From: an uncultured cyanobacterium
GTDB lineage: Bacteria; Cyanobacteriota; Cyanobacteriia; Cyanobacteriales; CAWUOF01
NCBI GenBank assembly: GCA_963744145.1
Contig: CAVUSO010000001.1
Location: 1,632,001-1,696,000, forward strand
Direction: 5' to 3'
Length of the DNA stretch: 64,000 nt
Position 1 is the stretch's first letter; every line of letters begins with the position of its first letter. Positions 1-10,452 of this stretch are shown one piece after another. Under the pieces are notes generated by a model. The model ran no database searches. It had not been told where the DNA came from and saw only the letters and a program-made list of their open reading frames with translations. Position numbers and translations under genes: made by a program.

Positions 1-265
1 TGGAAGTAGCATGACGGCAACGAAAGATGATATTGAAGGTCAGTTGGAGTCCGAAGTAATAGTGTCCCCACCCCCAGAGGAAGTTGAAACTCTATTTGAT
101 TTGGCCATGATGGGAGATTTGCGAGGTATTGCAGATCACATCACTCAACTTGAAGCATTGAATCCGCTTCTTACACCTTTTGCTACTCGTCTCCATCAGT
201 TAATCAAAGGATTTGAAGTGAAACAAATTTTGGAATTAATCGCACAATATAAGAGGCCAATTTAA
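1..265 (+). CDS. C-terminal fragment of a hybrid sensor histidine kinase (gene begins upstream of the window)
   Basis: Frame is open to the window edge. The PPPEEVETLFDLAMMGDL...FATRLHQL...FE tail is typical of cyanobacterial hybrid kinases. Stop overlaps the next ATG (TAATG). Confidence 0.65.
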   Translation, partial: GSSMTATKDDIEGQLESEVIVSPPPEEVETLFDLAMMGDLRGIADHITQLEALNPLLTPFATRLHQLIKGFEVKQILELIAQYKRPI

Positions 266-1811
266 TGTCCATAAAAAAATAACCAATGGTGTGATTTTAA
301 TAGTTGATGATTTGCCAACTAATTTGGGGGTACTGTTCGATTTTTTGTCTGATTCTGGTTTCAAAGTTTTGGTAGCTAGGGATGGTGAAAGTGCGATCCA
401 GACAGCCGAATACGCCCCGCCTGACTTAATTCTACTGGACGTGCTGATGCCGGGTATAGACGGGTTTGAAACTTGTCAGCGTTTGAAAGCAAAAGAGCCA
501 ACAAAAGACATTCCCATAATTTTTATGACTGCGCTTTCCGACACAGTAGATCGGGTTAAGGGTTTGAGTTTGGGTGCAGTAGATTATCTTACCAAACCGC
601 TTCAGCATGAAGAGGTTTTAGCCCGCATTAATATCCATCTGAGCTTGCGGAATTTGACCAAAAAACTGCAAGAGCAAAATGAGGTTTTGCAACAGGAAAT
701 CGCACAACGTAGCCAAGCAGAAAAAGCGCTGTTTCAGTTAACATTAGAGTTGGAAAAACGAGTAGAGGAAAGAACTAATCAACTTTCTTACTCCAATTAT
801 CTATTAAAACAGGAGATTGAAGAGCGTCGTAGTGCAGAAGCAGAATTGCAGCACTCAGAAGCTCAATTACGAATTCAAGCTAAATCCCTAGAACAAACCT
901 TGCAACAATTGCGGTTAACTCAAACTCAACTGATTCAGACTGAAAAAATGTCGGCTTTGGGCAATTTAGTTGCGGGTGTTGCCCATGAAATTAACAATCC
1001 GGCGAATTTCATTTACGGTAATCTCAGCTATGCCAACGAATATACCAAAAATTTGATCGATATCCTGAATTTATATCAGGAAAAATTTCCAAATCCGGGA
1101 GAAGAAATTACGCAAAAACAGGAAGAGATAGAATTAGATTTTATCAGAGAAGACTTGTCTAAATTGATGACTTCCATGCAGGTGGGGGTTGAACGTATTT
1201 GTGAGATTATTCAATCGCTCCGCATCTTTTCTAGGATTGATGAAGCTGAAATGAAGCCTGTAAATATTCACTCTGGGATTGATAGCACGTTGTTGATTCT
1301 GAACAACTGTCTAAAATCCAAAGGAAATTTGCCTGCGATCGAAGTAATTAAGAACTATGGAGCTATCCCTCAAGTAGAGTGTTATGCTAGTCAAATGAAT
1401 CAGGTATTTATGAATTTAATTGTCAATGCAATTGATGCTTTAGATGATTATAATGCGACGCGCACTCCATTAGAAATTCAAGCCAATCCTAGCCGTATTA
1501 CGATCAGCACTGAGTTACTAGAAAAACATCGGGTGGTGATTCGGATTACCGATAATGGCCCTGGGATGACGGAAGAGGTGAAAAGGCATTTATTTGACCC
1601 ATTTTTTACCACTAAGCCTCCGGGAAAGGGGATGGGTATTGGCTTGTCAATTTCCCATCAGATTGTTGTGGAGAAACACAAAGGCAATTTGATTTGTGTG
1701 TCAAATTTAGGTCAGGGAACCCAGTTTACGATCGATATCCCAATTCAGCAACGAGTTATGCAAACTACCCTAGGTTTTATGAAGTTACCTAGTGATAACA
1801 TTGTGATGTAA
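265..1811 (+). CDS. Hybrid response regulator / histidine kinase (REC-coiled coil-HisKA-HATPase)
   Basis: ILIVDD, DLILLD and YLTKP receiver motifs; AGVAHEINNP H-box; N, G1, F and G2 boxes. Open frame begins at GTG 291. The coupled ATG at 265 is out of frame by one base in an A7 run. Confidence 0.9.
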
Positions 1812-2017
1812 CGCTGCACTTAATAAGTGCGAGTCTCGACTGGTTTGTAAACAAGATTTTTTTTAGGAACCGCGATCGGCACAGAATGCACGATCGCGGC
1901 GATGTTGGAGTCCAAAACCTGCATTCTCCGGTTGCATAGTTAAAAGTGTCTGAAGGATTAATTGAGGAATCATCATTTATTGTAAAATTAATCTCTATAG
2001 ATATTTTAAAAGTTCCT

Positions 2018-5000
2018 ATGAGTGATTCTAAACTCCCAAGTACCGGATTTTACGACGCCTTTATTTCCTATGGTCGGGCCGATAGTAAAACTTTCGCGGT
2101 CAAACTGAAAGAACGACTACAGAGTCAAAATCTTGAAGTTTGGTTGGATCTCGAGGAAATTCCCTTCGGAGTTAATTTTCAAAATCAAATAAATGATGGG
2201 ATCACCAAAGCTGATAACTTTCTGTTTCTAATTTCGCCCCATTCCGTCAATTCTGCCTATTGTCGCAAAGAAATTGACCTAGCCATCGAATTAAACAAAC
2301 GAATATATCCCATCTGGCACGTTGCGGAAATTGATCAGGAAACGTGGCAAGAACGTAATCCTGGTAAATCTGAAGCTGAATGGCTGAGGTATAAGGAAAC
2401 GGGACAACATTCTACTGTTCCCGGTAAGAATCCCAATATGCACCCTAAAATCGGCGAAATTAATTGGCTCCCTGGTGAAAAAGATAAACAAAGAGATGGT
2501 GAAAAAAGGGATGATTTTGAGGAGAGATTGTTCACATTATTAGATACCGAATTAATAAATATAGTGCGTCGCCATCAAGACTATGTGCGACAACATACAG
2601 TTTTGTTGAATCAAGCTCTTTACTGGAAAGATCAGCAGAAACAAACTCGTTATTTATTAATTGGAGAAGAACGGCAAAAAGCCGAAAAATGGTTAAAAGA
2701 GAGAAAAGAGAGGTTTAAGGAAAAAAAACTAGCGCCCGGCGAACCTACATTGCTGCATTGTGAGTTTATTTGCGAGAGTATCAAGAATGCTGATAACTTG
2801 ATGACTCAGGTGTTTCTCTCACATTCGGATGTAGACCGTGATTTCATGACTAAAATCCGGGAGAAATTGGTCAGAGAAGGGATCACGGTTTGGACAAATA
2901 AGACAGATATCCCAATTGGGGCTGAATTTGAGCAGGTAATAAATCAGGGAATTGAACAAGCGGATAATGTGGTCTATTTGATTTCGACCGATGCACTGAC
3001 ATCTCATTATTGTCAGAAAGAAATTGACTATGCTCTCTCGTTGAATAAAAGGATTATTCCTTTGAAAATTAAACCAACAGATCCAGCTCAAATTCCAGAA
3101 AGAATCAGCGAGTTACAATTTATTGACTTTACTGAAAATCAGACAGAGGCAGATGAACAAAAACATTTGGATGATTTGCTCAAGGTTTTACAAGAGGAGG
3201 AGATCTATTACAAAGATCATAAAATGTTGTTAACCAAGGCGCTGAAGTGGGAAGAACAGAAACGCAACCCGTGTATTTTATTGCGGGGTTACAATTTGCG
3301 CCATGCCAAAGATTGGTTGTATAGAGCGGAACAGAAAAAACAACATCAGGCGACAAGCTTACAGACAGAGTTTATTAATGAAAGTTCGCGCCAACCTCCT
3401 GCCCCATCACTGGATGTATTTATTTCCTACTCTAGGTCTGATTCGGATCTAGCCCGTCTGTTAAATGATGAATTGCAGATCCGAGGAGGGAAGACAACTT
3501 GGTTTGACCAAGAGAGTATAGCGTCTGGGGCGGATTTTCAGCAAGAGATTAATCAAGGAATTGAGAGTGCTGACAACTTTTTGTTTATTATTTCACCACG
3601 TTCTATTAATTCTCCCTACTGTAAGGATGAGGTTGAATATGCAGCAAAACTTAAAAAACGGGTTATTACCGTATTGTATCAAGGTGTGAATACTGCTGAT
3701 TTACATCCTGAGTTAGGCAAGGTGCAGTGGATTGATTTTACGCAAGGGGAATTTGCTGCGAATGTTACTGAATTGTTGAGGACTTTAGAGACAGACAGGG
3801 AATATCTAAAAAATCATACTAAATGGCTGCTTCGGGCGATCGCATGGGACGAACAAGGTCAAGATAAAGATTTACTGCTAAGAGGTAGTGAATTGGCGAT
3901 CGCCCAGGACTGGTTAAAGCAAGCAAATCAAGGCAAAAACCAACCCCAAGAATTGCAAATCAAGTTTATTGAATCTAGTCGCAAGAATAGCGATGCTCAT
4001 GCTAAAAGTGAAAAACGACAACGGCTTATAGGGCTTATAGTAGCGGCGGGGTCGCTCCTCTTTTTTGCGTTTATTATCTGGGCAATCAAATTCGGGGCAG
4101 AAAACCGCGAAAGACAATTCGTTACTAATAGCGCTAATGATGGGAGACTAGCTTTAGCCAAAGCGGATAATGGTCAAACATTTGATGCTTTAATTCTCGC
4201 AATAAAAGCCGGAAAGACTTTGGCAAAACACAAGACGAATGACTCAGTATGGACACAAGCGGATTCAATCGTGACAAAAGCTTTATCCAAATCATTTTTT
4301 AGTGTTAAAGAATACAATCGCTTGGTAACGCATAACCTTAGAGTCATGGACGTTAGTTTTAGTCCCGAGGGAAACATCTTAGCTGCTGTTAGTGATGACA
4401 ACACCAGTAAACTTTTGGATGTCACTACAGATAAGGAACTCGCTAAGGTTCCTGGGCAGTTTCGTGGGGTGAGGAGCATCAGTTTTAGCCCTGATGGGAA
4501 AATCTTGGCTTCTAGTGATGAGAACACCATCAAACTTTGGAATGTAATTACAGGTATGCCATTCCGTACTCTTACTGGGCATCGTAATTGGGTCAATAGC
4601 ATCAGTTTTAGTCCCAATGGGAAACTTTTAGCTTCTGGTAGTGATGACAAAACCATCAGCCTCTGGGATATGGAGACAGGCGATTTAATTGATACTCAGC
4701 ATGGGGATAATGGTGGGGTCTTGAGCGTCAGTTTCAGTCCGGATGGGAAAACCTTGGTTTCTGGTAGTCGTGGCAGCACCATCGAATTCTGGTATGTCAC
4801 CACTACAGGTCTGAAACACAATACTTATTATATTACACAACCTGGTCCGGTCTCGAGCATCAGTTTCAGTCAGGATAGGAAAACTTTGGCTTCTGGTAGT
4901 AATGATGACAACAACATAATAATCGCAGGTGTGCATACAATTCCGTACAGTTATTATATTTTGTTGAATACTAATCCTGTTACTAGTGTCAGTTTCAGCC

Positions 5001-5203
5001 CGGATGGGAAAACCTTGGTTTCTACTAGTAAATACAAAATCCACCTCTGGCATTTGATGGCAAACAAGAAATCTTCTCGCTCTGAAACTCGTGATTCGCT
5101 CATAGAAAAGGGTTGCCAGTGGTTAAAAGATTATTTGCAGAACCCAAATTCTGATGTCGATCCGAAGGATCGGCATCTTTGCGATGATATGATTAGGAGC
5201 TGA
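2018..5203 (+). CDS. Triple TIR-domain, single-transmembrane, WD40-repeat protein
   Basis: Three FISY/FLSH-type TIR starts, each with SxYCxxE; hydrophobic stretch LIGLIVAAGSLLFFAFIIWAI; about 6 SFSPDGK WD40 repeats. ATG 2018 preferred to GTG 1946. Confidence 0.88.
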   Translation: MSDSKLPSTGFYDAFISYGRADSKTFAVKLKERLQSQNLEVWLDLEEIPFGVNFQNQINDGITKADNFLFLISPHSVNSAYCRKEIDLAIELNKRIYPIWHVAEIDQETWQERNPGKSEAEWLRYKETGQHSTVPGKNPNMHPKIGEINWLPGEKDKQRDGEKRDDFEERLFTLLDTELINIVRRHQDYVRQHTVLLNQALYWKDQQKQTRYLLIGEERQKAEKWLKERKERFKEKKLAPGEPTLLHCEFICESIKNADNLMTQVFLSHSDVDRDFMTKIREKLVREGITVWTNKTDIPIGAEFEQVINQGIEQADNVVYLISTDALTSHYCQKEIDYALSLNKRIIPLKIKPTDPAQIPERISELQFIDFTENQTEADEQKHLDDLLKVLQEEEIYYKDHKMLLTKALKWEEQKRNPCILLRGYNLRHAKDWLYRAEQKKQHQATSLQTEFINESSRQPPAPSLDVFISYSRSDSDLARLLNDELQIRGGKTTWFDQESIASGADFQQEINQGIESADNFLFIISPRSINSPYCKDEVEYAAKLKKRVITVLYQGVNTADLHPELGKVQWIDFTQGEFAANVTELLRTLETDREYLKNHTKWLLRAIAWDEQGQDKDLLLRGSELAIAQDWLKQANQGKNQPQELQIKFIESSRKNSDAHAKSEKRQRLIGLIVAAGSLLFFAFIIWAIKFGAENRERQFVTNSANDGRLALAKADNGQTFDALILAIKAGKTLAKHKTNDSVWTQADSIVTKALSKSFFSVKEYNRLVTHNLRVMDVSFSPEGNILAAVSDDNTSKLLDVTTDKELAKVPGQFRGVRSISFSPDGKILASSDENTIKLWNVITGMPFRTLTGHRNWVNSISFSPNGKLLASGSDDKTISLWDMETGDLIDTQHGDNGGVLSVSFSPDGKTLVSGSRGSTIEFWYVTTTGLKHNTYYITQPGPVSSISFSQDRKTLASGSNDDNNIIIAGVHTIPYSYYILLNTNPVTSVSFSPDGKTLVSTSKYKIHLWHLMANKKSSRSETRDSLIEKGCQWLKDYLQNPNSDVDPKDRHLCDDMIRS

Positions 5204-5373
5204 TCACATTTCCCCAACTATCCACCCTTAATCTTGATCAGAGCGATCGCAATTTTCCAACCTGCATAAGCAGTCTTAATTCTGATCACGATCGCACCTA
5301 ATATTTTGCTCTTTTGTTTAACTCGGGACTCATCCCAACTACCGCCCCGATGCTGGGGACTTTTCTTGAAAAT

Positions 5374-5835
5374 TTATTCAATATTTACAGCAGTGGTGGG
5401 CAATCGATAGCCATAAAAATTAATCCGATATTCAGTAATTTTTACTCCTGTTTGTTGTTCGACTTGCTTGAGTATATCGACAGGCAAATCTATATGTATA
5501 TCTAAAATTTGTTCCGTATCTATACAGTTGACATGGGAATGGCAATCATTTATATTACCATATAAACGACCATCCGATCGCTCTAAACATTCAATGATGC
5601 CCTGACTAGATAAAGCGTCTAAATTTTGATAGACAGAAGTATGACCGATCGCTCTTCCTTGCAGATTCAAGCGATCGTAAATTTCCCGAGCCGATAAATG
5701 TTCTTTTTCTTGCCAGAGCAGTTCTAAAATAAAGCGTCGTTGACGACTTAAACGCATCCCTAATGTTTGACAACGGTTAAGAGCTTCTTCTAAAGAGCGA
5801 ATTGGTTTCACAACTTTCGCCTCATCTTGAATCAT
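5374..5835 (-). CDS. furC: Fur-family regulator, cyanobacterial FurC/PerR type
   Basis: RLSRQRRFILELLW, HLSAREIYDRLN, IGHTSVYQNL and HSHVNC motifs as in cyanobacterial FurC. Confidence 0.85.
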   Translation of the reverse strand: MIQDEAKVVKPIRSLEEALNRCQTLGMRLSRQRRFILELLWQEKEHLSAREIYDRLNLQGRAIGHTSVYQNLDALSSQGIIECLERSDGRLYGNINDCHSHVNCIDTEQILDIHIDLPVDILKQVEQQTGVKITEYRINFYGYRLPTTAVNIE

Positions 5836-6216
5836 ATTTTGACCTTGAGTAGTAGTAGCTGACTGGCTAAGACAAACTCATTACCACTTTAACCTAAATT
5901 GTCAAAATTTCCACTTCCACCGTCAGAGATACCTAAAAAAAAGGAGTGGTGGACAAGCAGAAAAATCGATTGACTAAACATTTATTTAACATAATTTTGG
6001 TTAAAATGTAAGGATCAGCTTGACAATTTAACTAGATTTGTGTTTTAAAAAGATAGTTGCAAAATTGATCCCTAGCGGGAAGTAGACAGTGTTGAACTAA
6101 TCGAGAGCGCCAGGTAAAATGGCCATTAGTTAACCGCTTGATCAAACCAATGTTTTATTTGTGGTTAAATTGATCACAAGATTGGGCTGAACCCTCTACC
6201 ACAGGAGTGACAGATC

Positions 6217-6486
6217 ATGAATCTAGAGAAAATTAGAAAATTGGTAGAAAAATATACAGTAGCAGATTTAGAAGCTACCATCCTCCGATTAGAAGCCTGT
6301 TTTATGCCCGATTTGCCAACCAGAGATCCAGTTTGTGGTAATTTAGCATCAGTAGAAGCTGATATGGAAGACTACGCTAAAGCCCTAACAATCCGCGAAA
6401 GAGTAGAAACACAAGGACTTTCTTTTCAGGAAGGAATTCGGGACTTAGCCAGTCGGATGCGCCGTTTTCCGGGAAGCAAAGTTTAA
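6217..6486 (+). CDS. Small hypothetical helical protein (89 aa, two Cys)
   Basis: AGGAG RBS upstream; 3 nt from the next gene; divergent from furC. Confidence 0.75.
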   Translation: MNLEKIRKLVEKYTVADLEATILRLEACFMPDLPTRDPVCGNLASVEADMEDYAKALTIRERVETQGLSFQEGIRDLASRMRRFPGSKV

Positions 6487-6489
6487 AAT

Positions 6490-6969
6490 ATGAGTATTAA
6501 GATCACCATTAATCCAGATGAGATCGAAAAATTAGATATATCCCCCGTAGAAATAGTGATCGAAAAATTAGTGAAATCAGGGGCGATCGCCACCACTCTA
6601 CCAGAAATAAGCTTAGAAATCAACTATTCCCAGGACCCAGAAGATCCCAGAGAACTCTCCGAAATTGCTGAAATCCGGTTGTGGTTTATCCGTTTAGATG
6701 CAATTTATCCCTGGTTTCCCATTGTATTAGATTGGAAAGCGGGAGAATTATCTCGTTATGTCGCGATGTTAGTCCCTCATCAATTCCATCGGAAGGAAGG
6801 AATTCAATACAATCCAGAAGCATTAGAAATTTTTCTGATGCACAAAATTTTTATCTTGACTAACTGGTTAAATCAGCAAAACCTACCTAGTCGCTCCCGA
6901 CTCAAATCAATGGCTCAACTACTTGGTTATGAACTAGATGATCGCTTTTTTGATTTACTCAATTCTTAA
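6490..6969 (+). CDS. crr6: CRR6 / DUF1817 family NDH-1 maturation factor
   Basis: DPRELSEIAEIRLWFIRLDAIYPW and RYVAMLVPHQF motifs. Confidence 0.9.
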   Translation: MSIKITINPDEIEKLDISPVEIVIEKLVKSGAIATTLPEISLEINYSQDPEDPRELSEIAEIRLWFIRLDAIYPWFPIVLDWKAGELSRYVAMLVPHQFHRKEGIQYNPEALEIFLMHKIFILTNWLNQQNLPSRSRLKSMAQLLGYELDDRFFDLLNS

Positions 6970-7109
6970 ATTAATATAAATAATTAACCTGGCTCTTGAT
7001 CTTCCTGGTGGTGTTTGACCAAAAAATGTCACAAAAATCCTCATTAGTTGTTACAATAGTGGATTGCAGATAAAATGACCCCCAACCATTGGGGAAGAGA
7101 AAGAGAGTG

Positions 7110-8474
7110 ATGGCATTACCTATAGTAGCTATTATCGGACGTCCAAACGTGGGCAAATCAACTATAGTCAATCGTTTAGCTAGTGCTAAAGAAGCAATTG
7201 TCCATGATCTACCAGGAATGACCCGCGATCGCACCTACCAACTAGCTTATTGGTGCGATCGGGAATTTCAAGTAGTAGATACGGGTGGTCTAGTTTTTGA
7301 CGATGATACAGAATTTTTACCTCAAATTCGGGAACAAGCGATCGCTGCTCTAGCTGAATCGAGTGTAGCGATCTTTTTGGTCGATGGACAAGCTGGTTTG
7401 ACCGTTGGTGATGAAATCATTGCTGATTGGTTACGTCAACAAACCGTCCCCGTGTTAGTAGCAGTGAATAAATGTGAATCTCCTGAACAAGGATTAGCTC
7501 AAGCTGCTCAATTTTGGGAACTGGGATTAGGAGAACCCTATCCCATCTCTGGAATCCACGGTAATGGGACAGGAGAACTACTTGACGAACTGATCAACTA
7601 TTTACCACCAATCACAGAAGTTACCGATACCCCCAACGAAATTAGAGTAGCGATCGTGGGACGTCCTAATGTGGGGAAATCAAGTTTATTAAACTCATTT
7701 CTAGGAGAAAATCGAGCGATCGTGAGTCCAATTTCTGGTACTACTCGTGATGCAATTGATATGGTAGTAGAACACAATCAACAAACCTATCGTCTCATTG
7801 ATACAGCCGGAATTCGCAAAAAGAAAAACGTGGAATATGGACCAGAATTTTTTGGAATTAATCGTGCCTTAAAAGCAATTCGTCGTTGTGATGTAGCCTT
7901 ATTAGTAATTGATGCGATCGATGGGGTGACAGAACAAGATCAAAAACTAGCAGGAAGAATCACAGAAGATGGCAGAGCTTGTGTAATTGTGGTGAATAAA
8001 TGGGATGCGATCGAAAAAGACTCCCACACAATTTATGAATATGAAAGACAGCTCAAAGACCGATTACATTTTCTCGATTGGGCAGAAATGATTTTTGTGA
8101 GCGCATTAAGTGGTCAAAGAGTCGAAAAAATTCTTGATTTAGTTAATATTGCAGCCGAACAACATAAACGTCGCGTCAGCACTTCGGTGATTAATGAAGT
8201 TTTGGAAGAAGCATTGAGATGGCACTCTCCTCCTAGCACCAGACAAGGACGTCAGGGGAAAATTTATTATGGTACTCAAGTTAGTGCCCAACCCCCCAGT
8301 ATTGCTTTATTTGTTAACGATCCGCAGCGTTTTAACGAAAACTATCGCAAATATATCGAACGACAATTTCGTCAACAATTAGGTTTTACTGGTACACCGA
8401 TCCGACTATTTTGGCGCGGTAAAAAAGTGCGTGAAGCTGAAGCGATTACTAAAAATCGTGCGACTCGGGTTTAA
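7110..8474 (+). CDS. der: Ribosome biogenesis GTPase Der (EngA)
   Basis: Two tandem GRPNVGKS P-loops, DTGG/DTAG, NKxE/NKWD, C-terminal KH-like GTPIRL. Confidence 0.97.
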   Translation: MALPIVAIIGRPNVGKSTIVNRLASAKEAIVHDLPGMTRDRTYQLAYWCDREFQVVDTGGLVFDDDTEFLPQIREQAIAALAESSVAIFLVDGQAGLTVGDEIIADWLRQQTVPVLVAVNKCESPEQGLAQAAQFWELGLGEPYPISGIHGNGTGELLDELINYLPPITEVTDTPNEIRVAIVGRPNVGKSSLLNSFLGENRAIVSPISGTTRDAIDMVVEHNQQTYRLIDTAGIRKKKNVEYGPEFFGINRALKAIRRCDVALLVIDAIDGVTEQDQKLAGRITEDGRACVIVVNKWDAIEKDSHTIYEYERQLKDRLHFLDWAEMIFVSALSGQRVEKILDLVNIAAEQHKRRVSTSVINEVLEEALRWHSPPSTRQGRQGKIYYGTQVSAQPPSIALFVNDPQRFNENYRKYIERQFRQQLGFTGTPIRLFWRGKKVREAEAITKNRATRV

Positions 8475-8530
8475 TTAGCAATCGGCCCATGTTTAAGTGT
8501 GCGCCACTACTTTTTTGAGTATTAATCAAC

Positions 8531-9550
8531 ATGGATTTATTGCGATCGCTACCAATCGGACTGTATTTAGAACAACCAATTACTTGGCTCCATCAGCTCG
8601 ATCCGAGAGTAAAATTAGCATGGTTGATGACTTTTTTAGTAATCCCGTTGCTAGCTAATCCCCTGTGGAGAATTGCGGTGGTGGGATTACTGATTGTGAT
8701 TACTTTAACAGCAAAAATTCCCTGGCGAGTCTGGCGTCAACAAATTGGTTGGTTAATGGTATTAAGTATATGGGTGTTAATTTTAGCATCCTTTGCTCCT
8801 GACGGGCTCGACACCGAATATCAACCACGTTTACCAGCAGATGAACTCGGTTTTGTCCAAAAATCTTTACCAGAAGCGATCGCGGCTAGACCCTGGTACA
8901 ATCCTTTTGGTTGGGGAGAAAAAACTAATAACTCCCAGCCAAAAATTCCTGAGCCAAAATCTCTAATTGACTTACCTCAACCAACATCCTACAGATATAT
9001 TCTATTTCAAAAAGGACCACTGCGAATTAGTCGTCATTCCTTAGATATGGCGATTCGGATTAGTACCTTACTTTTTACCCTGATTTACAGTACGAATCTT
9101 TATCTATTAACAACTGCTCCGGAAGAAATTACGGCTGGATTGGAAAGTTTAATGCTACCATTAAAACGATTGAACTGGCCAATTACCGAAATTATTCTGA
9201 CTTTAACTCTATCTTTGCGGTTTATTCCGCTCGTGTTAGAAGAAATTCAAAATTTAGTGCGTTCTGTGCAAACAAGAGCAATTAATTGGCAGAAATTAGG
9301 TTTTCGTAAAGCACTACAAGTGTGGATGTTGGTAGCAGTAAGATTATTAGAAAATTTATTATTGCGAGCTGAACAAATTGCTAGTGCGATGCAAGTTCGC
9401 GGTTTTACCAGTCCGAATCAACATCGAGTACAATGGTATAAATTAAGTTTGAAAATAGTTGATTGGTTATCTTTAGCATTCTTAGGTTTAGTCTGGGGAG
9501 TGAGGATACTTTGGGGAGGAGAATCCTTTGATCTTAGTTCACTACTTTGA
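8531..9550 (+). CDS. Energy-coupling factor transporter T component (CbiQ/EcfT, Ycf92-like)
   Basis: LDPRVKL, LRFIP, TRA and MQVRG motifs; multiple TM segments; follows der. Confidence 0.88.
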   Translation: MDLLRSLPIGLYLEQPITWLHQLDPRVKLAWLMTFLVIPLLANPLWRIAVVGLLIVITLTAKIPWRVWRQQIGWLMVLSIWVLILASFAPDGLDTEYQPRLPADELGFVQKSLPEAIAARPWYNPFGWGEKTNNSQPKIPEPKSLIDLPQPTSYRYILFQKGPLRISRHSLDMAIRISTLLFTLIYSTNLYLLTTAPEEITAGLESLMLPLKRLNWPITEIILTLTLSLRFIPLVLEEIQNLVRSVQTRAINWQKLGFRKALQVWMLVAVRLLENLLLRAEQIASAMQVRGFTSPNQHRVQWYKLSLKIVDWLSLAFLGLVWGVRILWGGESFDLSSLL

Positions 9551-9605
9551 GATGAGTTCTGATTACCACTTTTGAGGGCTGTTTCATTCTGCTCGAAGAA
9601 TTTGA

Positions 9606-9643
9606 CCTCTCCCCCAACCCCTCTCCTAGGAGGAGAGGGGAGC
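9606..9643. repeat. Cyanobacterial short dispersed GC-rich hairpin repeat
   Basis: CCTCTCCCCCAACCCCTCTCCTAGGAGGAGAGGGGAGC with stem CCCCTCTCCT/AGGAGAGGGG between convergent genes. Confidence 0.6.
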
Positions 9644-9683
9644 AAAATTAATCTGATTAAATTACTTAATGCTTTTCTTTAGA

Positions 9684-9733
9684 TATAGAGGTTCTCAATT
9701 TAGAGAAATATATTTTATTTGAGAACCGCTATA
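9684..9733. repeat. Miniature inverted-repeat element (50 bp)
   Basis: TATAGAGGTTCTCAA ... TTGAGAACCGCTATA inverted repeats (1 mismatch) with TA ends. Confidence 0.55.
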
Positions 9734-9777
9734 ACTATCCAACTTAAAACTCAAAACATTTTCTACCTATAAAAATA

Positions 9778-10269
9778 TTAATAATATATCTTGCCACCTC
9801 CCCATTTGTTGCCAACAATTTTCGGCTGAAGTAGAATATGTCCTGCAATGCTTTTAAGATCCTCATCTGTGAGATTTCTCATTTGCGCGAAAATATTAGC
9901 ACTCTTCATACTAGGGTGAAGTTCAGAGATTTCTATCTCACCATCATAAGTGGTAGGATTTTTCAAATAATCTACTAGACTTTCAATATTGTTGCGTGGA
10001 GGAGTTGCATGAGCAAGTGTTTCGGGATCTAACCCAACATTTTGGTTAGTTTTTGTTACACCTCCAGCATGACATTGAGCACAAGCAAAATTAAAGAGTC
10101 GTTTGCCTTCCTTTACTTGTTGTAAACTCAGAACAGTTGTGTCTCCTTGTCCATTAAAAGGAACTGTACGGATATCTACATCCATTTCGAGTGCTGTCGC
10201 TCCACTAACAAAAATTTGTAATGAAAAGAGCAAGGTAGCAAAAATTAAGCAGATGGATTTTTTCAGCAT
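9778..10269 (-). CDS. psbV: Photosystem II cytochrome c550
   Basis: Signal peptide, CAQCH heme motif, KWGGGKIYY end; ATG 10269 with GAGG RBS. Confidence 0.96.
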   Translation of the reverse strand: MLKKSICLIFATLLFSLQIFVSGATALEMDVDIRTVPFNGQGDTTVLSLQQVKEGKRLFNFACAQCHAGGVTKTNQNVGLDPETLAHATPPRNNIESLVDYLKNPTTYDGEIEISELHPSMKSANIFAQMRNLTDEDLKSIAGHILLQPKIVGNKWGGGKIYY

Positions 10270-10452
10270 GATTTTCCTCAAAAGATTTGGCTTGAATGAT
10301 TGAAGAATCGAGAAATTAGGCTCAATGCCATTAGCAAACACTTGATCAGAGCAAGTAGATTAAAAACAGATTAATACCAATTTCCTCTCCTTAGCACTAC
10401 AGATAACTGCTCTAGACCAAGGGCAGGTTTGTCCCTCGATGAGAGTAATTAT

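Noticed and set aside
2291..5053. Antisense ORFs within the TIR-WD40 gene, and similar ones within cas, men and cpc genes
   Set aside because: Shadow frames of well-supported genes with no recognisable motifs.
6050..6105. Glutamine (glnA) or yybP-ykoY riboswitch call
   Set aside because: Only the GGAAGTA/GAA fragment resembles them; the conserved closing-stem residues are absent.
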